Source: Antedon mediterranea (taxonomy: Eukaryota > Animalia > Echinodermata). Taken from it: a stretch of 64,000 bases of DNA. The stretch spans positions 21,903,365 through 21,967,364 of the forward strand of contig NC_092678.1 of NCBI RefSeq assembly GCF_964355755.1. The letters run 5' to 3'. Below, in pieces: positions 37,501-49,500 of the stretch (positions are counted from its first letter, which is position 1; each line of letters starts with the position of its first letter). The notes under the pieces are model-generated. The model ran no database searches. It was not told the origin of the DNA and was given only the letters and a program-made list of their open reading frames with translations. The position numbers and the translations under genes were made by a program.

Positions 37501-39604
37501 AAGATTGTATTGTGAAAATGAAAATAATAAGGTAAAATATGATAAATTTGAAATATATTACCAGATTTGTATTTTCTCTATAGGATCTCAAGACGGAAAA
37601 GTCCATATATGGAATGCTGAGAATGGAACAAAGACGGCTGTACTGGAGTCGAAGCATAATGGTGCTCCAGTTCATTGCGTACAGTTTAACCCCAAGTACC
37701 TAATGTTGGCAACCTCCTCACAGTCGATGGTAAGGCTTTATGCTTTTGAATATTTTGTAATATATCTTATCAATCTATTTCAATTTTCAACTCAATTTTT
37801 TCCACATACGCCACCACAAACATGTACATGGAGGATGTATATTTTAAGATCTATGCAGATCTTGATTGAAAATGTTCATCTGGTTTGTAGGTATAAGTAT
37901 ATTGAAAATATTCTTTTTTTCAAACCAATAATTAGTAAGAACTAACCTTGAATGTTTCGCTGTCCTGATCGGACAGCTTCTTCAGAAATAATGACCAATT
38001 ATTGGTTTGGAAAAAAGAATATTTTCAACTATGCAGATCTTTAAGCTAATAAGCACTCTTGAAAAATATTAAATATTGACAATAAAAATAAAAGCAAATA
38101 AATAAGGCAGTATGCAAATAAATAACAATATATATAAACAAATCAGGCAAAGAACATTAATTCTAAACCGCCCGGTGATATATATATATATATATATATA
38201 GGTAACTTTATTCCAAAAAATGTAAGAAAACCACGCACAGTGGATTTACAAAATCTGATACGTTCTTATATGCATGCATCCTACAACAACAAAAAATATA
38301 AAATAACGTAAAAATAAAGATTCAAAATAACAAAAGCCACTTATTTCTGTTTAAATTATACTGAAATTTAATTAATTTGAAACGATAAAGATGAGGAAAT
38401 CTGTGAGAATGAGAAAAATTCGCCCCAACCGAGACTCAAACTCGGACCGCCTGCTTGATATGCAGATTTCCTAACCATTAGACCACAGGGGCTTTCATGG
38501 TATTGTTCAAACTCGATTGGATAGCGACTCTTTAACATTCTTGGCATGGTACGGCGGAACAGCACTAGGCCTCAGTTGTACGATATTATATAATTATGTA
38601 TTATATATAAATTAATAAGCTGGGTGTTATTTACTCACCATATATCGAGATCAGAGACAGTTTAAATGCACTTTAAAGCTGTTCGGGGATGTTTAACCTA
38701 AATTTAAATTGGAAATAAATTGTCACAAATATTTTTCATAAAATAAAGTAATTGGTTGAATACTATTTAGTATACCTCTAATACTAAATTACAATAGAAC
38801 TTCCACGTTTGGGACACCTCTACTAAGGAGACACTGTCAGATCCTGAAGGTGTCCCCTTGTAATACCTCTACTAAGGAGACACTGTCGGATCCTGAAGGT
38901 GTCCCCTTGTAATACCTCTACTAAGGAGACACTGTCGGATCCTGAAGGTGTCCCCTTGTAATACCTCTACTAAGGAGACACTGTCAGATCCTGAAGGTGT
39001 CCCCTTGTAATACCTCTACTAAGGAGACACTGTCAGATCCTGAAGGTGTCCCCTTGTAATACCTTTACTAAGGAGACACTGTAAGATCCTGAAGGTGTCC
39101 CCTTGTAATATCTCTACTAAAGAGACACTGTCAGATCCTGAAGGTGTCCCCTTGTAATACCTCTACTAAGGAGACACTGTCGGATCCTGAAGGTGTCCCC
39201 TTGTAATACCTCTACTAAGGAGACACTGTCAGATCCTGAAGGTGTCCCCTTGTAATACCTCTACTAAGGAGACACTGTCGGATCCTGAAGGTGTCCCCTT
39301 GTAATACCTCTACTAAGGAGACACTGTCAGATCCTGAAGGTGTCCCCTTGTAATACCTCTACTAAGGAGACACTGTAAGATCCTGAAGGTGTCCCCTTGT
39401 ACTAATGTTTGTTCAATTTTCGTGCTTATTCTGTATTCCATTCCATTATCAGTTTATTGTACTCTATTTGTATATGTTTTTATTTTGGAATAAACATTTC
39501 AATGATTGATTAATAGGGGTTCTACTGTATATTTGAATGTAAAATCACAATCTAATTTTTTTCTTTACTTTTAGTCGTTTTGGCTGCCAAACATTGACGA
39601 CTGA
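34523..39604 (+). CDS. WDR82: WD repeat protein 82 (Set1/COMPASS and PNUTS-PP1 subunit)
   Basis: Exons 34523-34686, 35397-35561, 35859-35958, 36236-36352, 36589-36744, 37019-37088, 37584-37729, 39575-39604. Sequence [57 protein letters not shown]-terminus SFWLPNIDD. Confidence 0.97.
37954..37985 (-). ncRNA. Hammerhead-ribozyme-like core, probably a Penelope-like-element remnant
   Basis: CTGAAGA-a-gctgtcc-gatca-ggacagc-GAAAC inside ~30-bp inverted arms (~37903-37933 / ~37998-38029). Confidence 0.6.
38421..38492 (-). pseudogene. tRNA-like sequence (Glu/Asp-type scaffold, ATC in the anticodon position); pseudogene or SINE head in the last WDR82 intron
   Basis: 72 nt: GCCCCTG TGGTCTAATGGTTAGGA TCTGC-ATATCAA-GCAGG CCGAG-TTTGAGT-CTCGG TTGGGGC. 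T-loop is mutated (TTT for TTC) and the acceptor stem has a mismatch. Confidence 0.65.
38816..39400. repeat. 49-bp tandem array, 12 copies, inside a Tc1/pogo-like MITE (38792-39527)
   Basis: Unit acctctactaaggagacactgtc(a/g)gatcctgaaggtgtccccttgtaat; flanks ta-caatagaac and ggttctactg-ta. Confidence 0.97.
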
Positions 39605-39979
39605 AGTCCATCAATCTTCTGCAATCAATCTATAAATATGAATGTCGATATATATGTGATACTGTACTAGTTTGATGACAAGAACAACCTGGACAATTCC
39701 TTAGTATTAAAAGCTAATTGTAAATGTCAAGTAATGAATTGGACAGTGATATAGACATTGGATTGGATCAATAATGTCTAGCATAGAAAGGTTTGAAACC
39801 TCTGTTTCTGAAGACACGTACAAGATACAACAAAGAAATATGCATTAAGAAAATGTGCGTTCACAATTTCAATAGAACAGTTCTGGTTTAAAATGACTGA
39901 GCTACAAAAAAATGATGACAAAATTGTAAATTTAAAAGATCAAATTCTATGATGTTTTACCTATTTTTGTACAGTATAA

Positions 39980-40148
39980 AGCGTGGTTCGCAACAACAAG
40001 GACGTAACGCAGCGCAAGTGAATTGACCAATCACAAGCGATGGCTTATTCGCTTGTGATTGCTAACTGCCTATAACTTCGCTTGTCATTGGTTAAAACGC
40101 TTGCGTTGCGTTTACGTCCTTGCGTTGCGTTCTAGTGGGGACCAAGCT
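39980..40148. mobile_element. Harbinger-like palindromic MITE downstream of WDR82
   Basis: agcgtggttcgca / tggggaccaagct ends, TAA TSD, internal arms aggacgtaacgca / tgcgtttacgtcct. Confidence 0.8.
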
Positions 40149-41155
40149 TAAGGGATTTGAGTATAAAGGGAATTTCCTGGTGTGAATTTGTCGTGTTGTG
40201 CAAGTGTTTAATATAGACATCTCCCAAATGATATTTAATGATAGTTTAACACAATATCATGCAAAGCATATATTTCTGTGACTTTCCCATATATGTTTCC
40301 CTGATGTATCCTACTTTATGTATGTACCATAAGCACATGTACTTGTCTAAATCTAAAAGTACTAAGTATCAACAGCAGGCATTCTAAAATCTTGGTCCAC
40401 ACTATCAAACTAGTTTAGTGATGAAGTGATGTGCCCAAATATGGTAGTGATATGACATCATCACAGACGGAGCTTAAGGAGATTTTGCATATTTTACATA
40501 ATGTTAATTGCGTAATTTAAGTACTGTAGTATTAAATCGAACACCACATTTGTATAAAATGGAAATAAATAAATAAAAATGTGTACTTCTCTGACTATTT
40601 CTGTCTGTAAAGTTTAAAAAAATGCATCATAGTCCTCAAGACTATTTAGACAAAGGAGACTATATATGTAAGTACTGTATACAATTGGAGTAATCCCTTT
40701 CATATAGGGGACACTGTTAGGGCTTAACACAGTGCCCTCTTAATAGGGGTTGGTTGTAGTGTTTAAACTATATATCACCCCCTCATTTCAAGAGAAAGTG
40801 TCCGCTCAATAGGTTGTTGAAAAGGAGGGTTCTGCTGTAAAACATGATATCATTGAGTTCCAATGTTATGACAAAAGAACATTAAACAATAAGATACTTG
40901 ATAATGAATACAAAGATTTAATGCAGCATGTAGTCAAACCGCCATAATGTGTCGTAACAAATATGTCTACAAAACTTGCATCTAGAACACATGTTGTTTG
41001 GAAGTTGTTTTGTCAGCAAATGGATGATTGCAATAGATTACATATAGGAACATTATGCTAATGCAATGTGGCACATAAAGACCAAGCAATATAACACCCT
41101 TTGGATGGGACGTTGAGCTATTGGATACACAGAATCTTAAAAAAACTTGGTATAT

Positions 41156-41312
41156 TACCGTATATACTCGGATATAATGCCACCCACCTAGAACATGATA
41201 TTGAGCTGAAGTTAGAGGTGGGACTATACCCGGAGAAACCCTGGTTCATGAAATAAATGATTGGTAAGAAACTGACTGACTAGAATTGGGATTATATTCG
41301 AGGATATACAGT
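41156..41312. mobile_element. Tc1/mariner-type MITE (related fragment at 41671-41915)
   Basis: ta-ccgtatatactcggatataa ... ttatattcgaggatatacag-ta. Confidence 0.7.
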
Positions 41313-41935
41313 ATACATAAATACAGTAAAACATCCATTGAAAGGACCACCAGGATAGTGTCCCTTTAATAGGTGTGTACTTAATAGGCATTTCCTTAAT
41401 AAGTATCCCCTGAAAAGGGTATACCCTGAAAATGAAACTATCACAGCACCGATCAGTCTATAGGCGTGTGCAGATATTTGTATGCCCCATTGCTTTGTAG
41501 TTTTGGTGTCACATTGTGGCAGCATAATGTCCCTATCAATGATGATGGAAGTCTTAGAGTGTTTACTGTAGTATATAACTTATGATTTAAATTGTATACA
41601 ACTACACTACCTAGTTACATTTATAATTTTCTGAGAAATGACCTTTAATGATGGTGTATTTAAATTTCAATACCGTATAATCCCAACCCCTACTTTATGC
41701 CTGAATTCACAAACAGGCAAATCCACAGATATAGACCCAGTATTGACGTTTGGTCCGGAGGTAGCCTAGGCCTCTCTCTAGCCAATTCAGATGAGTTTTT
41801 ACAAGAAATGCTTACCAAACCAGAACCAAGGTTTTCCTGGATATAGTCCCACCCCCAAAAGTCAGTCCAATTTTGGGTTCTAGGGGGGTGGGATTATACC
41901 AGAGGATATACAGTATAATTTATAAATATAAAAAT

Positions 41936-43088
41936 AACTAGATTTGAACTCGTCACTACGGACGAGTTAGGTTATCCGCAGCGCAAAAGCCACGTGCACG
42001 TCATACGTTAGAATATTGAGCGCAAAAAAAAAAAACGATTATGGCATTGAAAAATGTTAGTGCGCTCTCTATTTTGCGTCGCGTCTAAGAAGTATATACG
42101 GTATAACACTATATACTGTATACGTACTACATACAGTGCAGAATAGGTGAAAATAAGTGACCAACGTTATTGACGCATTTGAACATGATGACGTCATCAC
42201 AATTTTTAAAATGGTAGATCATGCGAAAGATAATTGATTGATCTAGACAATATAAAAAAATTGAGTGAAATGGAATAAGGATAAGTAGAGATGCGCTCTA
42301 TTAAATTGACGAGCTATGACGAAAGAGAAAAAAATCCTATATTTTATATTCGGGTGGCCATACGATGACGTCACAATGTCCGGTTAGGCATATCAATACA
42401 TGATTCGAGAAAAACAACTCATCTACTTCCAGAATATGTAATTTTAAAAAAGTTCACCACGTAGTTTAGAATTTATGACTGTTTAAAAAAAGGTCTAATT
42501 TTGACGAATTTTTGAACTTTTTCATCAAAAACGCGCGCAAATTGTTAAATTCTACCTGCTCGTATGACGTGATTTTAAGTCGAAATTGATTGAAAATTTG
42601 GTAAAATTACTAGAAAAGGCTGAAAAAACAAAAATCAAGCAAAAAAAAGATGTTTTTGCGCTAAGTGCGCACGCGCGCGTAAAAAATTTGCGCACGCGTG
42701 GGAATTTTTGAAATGTTCAAAATGACCTGAAACGCGTAGAAAGTTGATTAGAAATTGATTTTACGCATTTTGAAATTTTAAACGCGCGTGCGCGCGTAAC
42801 TTTCTGTCAAACATGCCATTTTTAATCCATAGAAAGTTTGCCCTTGGTATAACTTAAATTTTCACGAAGTTTCAATAAAAAATGACTTTTGGTTTTCAAT
42901 ATATGATCAATCATTGAAATTCATAAAATCGCGCGTAACTTACGCTGCGCAACTCCAAAATTGTCCAAAAGCTTGGCTGCACATCTACAGCTATAGCTCA
43001 ATCGTATGACAAAGTTACACAATCTTATGTTAGCCAGAAGATAGAGATGTGCTGCGGACAAAATTCGTGGAAAGAAAGAAGAATAAAG

Positions 43089-43120
<32 letters not shown>

Positions 43121-43167
43121 TCCTGACAATAACAAGGGGTTATCCGCCAAGTGCGGATAACCAATAA
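41936..43167 (-). mobile_element. Complete non-autonomous Helentron (HINE), ~1.23 kb
   Basis: On the minus strand: TTATT start, hairpin ggttatccgc-5nt-gcggataacc (43138-43162), T-tract, 3' subterminal IR (41970-41979), hairpin aactcgtc-6nt-gacgagtt (41947-41968), CTAGTT end. Confidence 0.85.
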
Positions 43168-45446
43168 TTAACAATTAAATATATATTATTAAAAAATTAT
43201 AGAATATGTTTATGTTTGGTTACCACTAAAGACGCAACACTTTTTCAAATATAATTAAACCCTAAAGTTGATTTTCTGCCAAAATATTATATATACGATT
43301 TTTATATTATTTTGATTTTAATAAATTTTGTTTATTTATATTTTGAAACTAAATAAATAAATAATTATACTAATTATTATAAACTAATAACCTATAATTA
43401 ACATATGTATTGCTAATGTAAATTATATAAAATTAAAGTACAAACTTGAAAAATAATTGGTATTGTAAAAATAATTTGTTAAATTGTCTTAAATATACAT
43501 TAGTTCATCAATATAGCATTTAAAAAAGGCATAAAAAAAAACAGTGGAGAAATATTTGATTTCTCCCTATTTAAACTAACACAGTTTGATAAGCAACACC
43601 ACTATAGTACATTTACAGAACATTGACAAAACTTTAATTTCTGTATATTTTATATAGCTCCTATAAAATATTTTACAAACAAATTTACAAATATTTTTCC
43701 AAGTAAACATATATTTCATTTAGAAATAACTTATTTTATCCTACAAATATCTTAATATAAGAAACTATGTATTACAACATGGTTTAAAATCTCTATACAT
43801 TTTATTGGACCCCTACAATGTTGATATAAAGATAAATTCAGTACTTTTATATGCAAGTCTATACCTGTTCACACTATCAAATTGCATTATATATGACGAT
43901 ATATGAGCAGACTTTTACTATGATGACATCATCATATGACGATATATGGACACACCATCACCCTATATGCACTTGAATACACCATGATTTGACCATATAT
44001 GGACACATAGCATCACCATATATGCATTTGAATACACCATATATGGACACATACCATCACCATATATGCACGTAAATACAGTAAACCATCATTTGACCAT
44101 ATATGGACACACCACAACCATATATGCACTTGAATACACCATATATGGACACATACCATCACCATATATGCACTTGAATACAGTAAACCATCATTTGACC
44201 ATATATGGACACACCATCACTATATATGCACACAGTATGATACTGTACTTCTGATAGTGTGAACAGAACTTTAAGATAAGTACACAGTATACATTTTTTG
44301 GTCATGTGTTGGTACAGTATTTTAGTTTACACAGATTTCAGATAAACAAAAACGAACATGGCTAAAGCAACAGCTACAAAACTCCCCATGGATATGCACT
44401 AGTTGCACTGGGCTTACACTGAGATTATACTGGGCTTATTCCAGGATTGCCCTGGACTGTGTAGACATATCAGTATGAACATAATCATGTATGCTCATTT
44501 TTATGTTTAAATAATCCAACACTGAATAATAATAATAATATTATTGGATGAGGGACTCATTTGGTCGAAAAGCTATTATATTATGGAATTCGTTATCGGA
44601 GGATGTAGTAGCTTCAAGATCAACCAATCAATTTAAGTCCGGTCTTGAACGGGCATGGTCGAACCACCCTCTTAAATTTGCGCCATATTCAAGATAATTA
44701 TCAAGAGGGGCTTATAGGCATAGCCTAGCCTCGACTCCGGACCCAGCATTGCTGAGCTCCGGAAACAAGTAAACAAGTAATAATAATAATAATAATAATA
44801 ATAATCAAAAGCCGTATAAGATTATGTTTTTAAATATTATTGGCAATAACATTGCACAATCAAATATTAATTAATTTTTACTGTATTTGAGGTAAAATTG
44901 GGAAGGAATTTCAAATTCAAATCTAATCATATTTGGTGAAGTATATACATAATATGAGGTATGTGCCTTAGGAATCAATTTTGACATTTTTATATACTTT
45001 TTATAGATTTTTAGTCAACATTATAACAACAATCTTTGTTTTTTTTCCTAAAAAATTCTTTATGTTCAATAAATTTCAAAGTTTGCTTTTCTGTTATCGT
45101 TTTATCAATGTAAACATATTTCAGTAACATATTTATTTATTTCATTCCAAACCAAATCGCCACTAACATACAGTGAAGAGCAATGTGTAATTACAGGTAT
45201 TAAAATACCTATGGCAATAAACCATGTCAATGTGTTCAATTTGTCAAATTCTAAGGCAGAAAATATTTCTAAAATTTGTTCATGTTTGAAAAGATTATTT
45301 GTTGATGTATAGCTCAAAATCCAAGAATATCCCCACCCCACCCCCACCCCCACCCCCCAATTTATAAGCTTATCATAGTAGTGACTTTCAACTTGATTAA
45401 CATGGATATAAATACAGATCTAAATTTAACCGCTTTGAATCTCTAA

Positions 45447-45659
45447 AGGCCAATTTACACAGGATTTAAACGGTCATGAGGAATAACATAGATTCTATAT
45501 TTTTATATTATCGCATGGTCATAAAAATATAGAATCTATGTTATTCATTATGACCATTTACACAGAACGCGGAGCGGATAGGCTGATTCCGCTCAGGATA
45601 GATACAGATTCTACGTGGGACAAGCTAAACGGTTACCGCTAATCTGTGTAAATTGCCCT
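45447..45659. mobile_element. Harbinger-like MITE with internal palindrome
   Basis: aggccaatttacacag / ctgtgtaaattgccct; internal arms aataacatagattctatatttttat / ataaaaatatagaatctatgttatt. Confidence 0.75.
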
Positions 45660-46571
45660 CAACTCAACACCCTCTCTCCCACCTAATTTCATGTTCAGTG
45701 GATGGGCTTATATTCAAGTAAGTAAATTAATTTTATTGGGGTAGTAACTAATATTAACAGTATAATACACTTCATGCACGTATTAGAAATTGCACAAATA
45801 CTGTAGTCACTCGTAAAAAACATACATGCACTATATAAAATACATATAGACAATATTCTTTATCATTTCAACAGTAATAATAATAATAAACAATATTTAT
45901 ATAACAGTACATACTAAAAACAATTTTAACTGGAGTACCACAGTACAAACTAATTCTTATTGCTAAAAAACAACCTAGCATACAAGTATATAATATACAC
46001 ATTCAGTTGTTGTATGTATAATGTAAATATTCTTCCAGCTTTGGCGTCGTTTCTGTATTATAAAAATGTCAAACGTCTGATATGAAATTCATTGTAGAAA
46101 CAGCGTATACTTTAAATTGTTTATGTATATATTAACTTTGGAATAAAAAAAGTGGATTCGGACCCAACACCCATCATAAGAAACATCTCAATTCAGTACG
46201 TCTGGATTTTATAAAATGGTTCGATAGGAAATTGTGTTGTGTGTAGTACTAGTAGATCTTATATATATTTGTTGTATATTTTCAAAAAAACAAATGTATT
46301 CCCTTGTTTTAAACCCAAAAAATACTTTTTCAAAAGAATCCTTTGTTATTGGTCTCTTTCATGCCTAGGTTACCTGGATAAACCAACAATAGCCTATTCT
46401 CCTCAAATTTGAAAAGTAGAAAATTAATCCCTCTGCACAAATGGTATAGTCCACAAACTATACCCCTTTTTTAATACCACCCACCCAAAATAATGAGTGG
46501 ATTTATTCAAATTCAAAATTCAAATTCATCAACTAAAACTCCCCCCATTAAAATTAAATGAATCTTAAATA

Positions 46572-49500
46572 TTAAACTGCATCATGTGATTCGGTGAGAC
46601 TGTTTTGAGGCGAGAGCATACTGTGTCGATAAAGTGGTATGACCATCGCTGTGATGTCATCACCAGATGCAAGAGAGTTGCTCTTGGTGCGCCATCCGTT
46701 CTCTCGCAGGATTCCTCTTGAGGCCATTACTAGATCTTGCGCTGCAGAGGTGTACCTAAAATAAAAAATAAAATAAGTTCATAATAATATTTTACATACT
46801 GTTTAATATAGCTTTATAAACAAAATTAGTTTTAGATCTGTCCAAATTTGATTCACTTTTTGCAAAACTGAACATTACACACTTATTCTAATACTAAACA
46901 GTTCTAGTTCAGATAGGCCTATGCTATTGGTAAGTACTACTTACATGGAAAATAACTTGGTTCCTATAATCTTGAAGGCATGCACTTAACATTATTGTGG
47001 AAGACTTTACTTTGTTTATGATGATGGAATTAGTGACATGATAAAATCTTTCTTATTTTTTTAACAAATAAAAAATTGTGGCCTTTTATTATGTTTTTAG
47101 CCTTTTATACTTTGAATTAATATTAGTGCTTCTCGGGAGATATTTTTGAAATAAATAAAATTAAATCAATTATTAATCAATGTCAGACACCATACAGTAA
47201 CAATGTTGACAGAAATATCTTCATTGTCATTGGTCAATTTTCTATAAAAAAAGCTGTGACTTTGCTAGACAAGGAATACATTTGAAGTTTGAACCACAAT
47301 TCAACACCAACATAAACATCTTCGCTTGACGATTGACATGTACGTATGCCTCGCTGCTTCGCGTCCGGCATTGACACATGTTTAGGCGTATATTAGACGT
47401 ACAGCCCAACCTATAGGAAACATGTTGTATTTCATCTAATAACAGATTTTGTTTCACATGTCAATTAATTTAATTTCGATATGTTTCAAATTTGAATGTC
47501 TGGGTCAAGAAACTCACATGTTGTGTGAAAGAACATTTATACAGAAATTGTATCGCAGTTGGAATACCATTTCAGAAGTATCACTTTTCACAAGTTTTCA
47601 CATTTAATTTCAAGATTTATCAAATATGCTTAGAAAAAATTATCTTAACTTTGTTTTAAGTTAAGTCAGTTTTCAAATAACCTAAACAAAATATTTTATC
47701 TATAAGATAAAAAGAACTAGGTTCATCAATAAAGCTTTAGGTTTTCACTAAGCACTTCTAATCTTAACTATCTTGACTTAAGCAAAAAGATTGATAAATA
47801 TCAGTTATATTGGAAATATTCAAACCATATCTATCAGTACAGTATAATAATATGATCATTTTGTACCTCTGTTTTAAATAATATTTTCACGCTCCCTTCT
47901 AAATCCCATCAAACCTACTTTGTAGCCCCTTAAGTTTATATATGGTATGTTGTTGTCAAATAATTTATGACTGTAGTGTAATTCACAAAAACAAAAAAAC
48001 ACTATTGTTCTTGGGTTGATTAAGTACTATGTATCTTAACAGATACATGTATCACACATTTTAATTAGTGTTGACCATGGACCTAAATAAATTAAGACAT
48101 TGATTAGTCATTGACCATGACGAGGCATAATGGTCATCAGTCCATTAGGGTCAAGAATCCACTACAAGACTGGATTAATCAATACTTAAACACTTAAGGT
48201 GCTGACTAGACCTAGTTATTAAGAGGCATCAACATCATAAAGCGAGTACGCTTTAAATAGATTGGCATTGGCATAACATTCACTACAAGACAGTACAACA
48301 CATTGAGATATTCCAAAGCTCTACACTATCAAACTACTTTGAAAGTGTGATGGCCCAAATATGGTACAGTAGTAATATGCCCAAATATGGTAGTGATATG
48401 ACATCATCATGTCCATATATAGGCACATCACATTTTGTTGTCACATTTGTTACTTTGATAGCGTAGACAGTGCTTTACTAGTTCCCACTTGCCCAATTAG
48501 TAGGAGGGCTTTTCAAACCTTGGGTTGTTGGTGGCGGTGGTAGTTGGGTAGGAAAGGTTGTTCACAACTTGGTACCCCTATCCCTTGCAGCTCATAACAA
48601 AGCTTCACTGAGATTGGGGTACATATTAAGCGTCCAAGCCAAAGTGCAACAACATATAATTTGAAAGAGAAATTTTGTTTTGTCCAATTTGCCATACATT
48701 ACCTATTATGATCATTTCTTGAAAATGATTCCAGAGATTTTGAAACTATTCTCCCAGCATCCTCTATGGTTAATACATCCCATAATCCATCAGACGCCAT
48801 AATAAGTACATCATTTTCTGTGTGGTCGTAATCACCGAGGTCATAAATATTCACCTGAAATGATACAATAAAACATTCATTTACATGAAAAAACATTCAT
48901 TTTTTATGTGGAGTCAAATTGTTCTTATGAAATTGTACAATTTATAATCAATTATCCTTTACAATTGAATCCGACACAACCACAGAGGGCAGGGTCCAAA
49001 TCATTGAATCATTGTACATACTATTATTTTATTATGATTTGATTAATAAATGTATTTGTATTTTTATTTGTTAAAGATGTATTGTGCTCCTGAAAAAATA
49101 ATTCTTAACAAATTTTTGTTGAATAAATATGTCATTTTAATGCAACATAATATTTATCCACTTTGACCAAAAATTGGATCGAAAAAAATGTATTTACCTG
49201 AAATAACTGTAATTTAAAGCAAAAAATGGTCAGACAATGGTTTTTGTTTGAATTTAACCATTTATTTTGTCATTTTATATGTGAAAACATGATTTTTTCG
49301 TTTTTTTCCTACGGAAGTGATTACTTTATTAAAAAATACAAAATAACAATACACATCCAAGGTCTGATTTAATTAATCTTCATTTTTCATGTATTTGGGG
49401 GACAATACATCTTTAAAGAATAAAGAAAGAATAAATAAATAAATAAATGAATAAAGAAAGTCCACAATTTGATGACAAACTGTAAAAAATGCAAAAATAT

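Noticed and set aside
38816-39400. CRISPR-like array of hairpin repeats
   Set aside because: Units abut with no unique spacers, there are no cas genes, and it sits in a eukaryotic intron inside MITE ends.
34687-39574. let-7 microRNA in a WDR82 intron, as in vertebrates
   Set aside because: No TGAGGTAG-type let-7 sequence noticed by eye; a formal Rfam/miRBase scan was not run.
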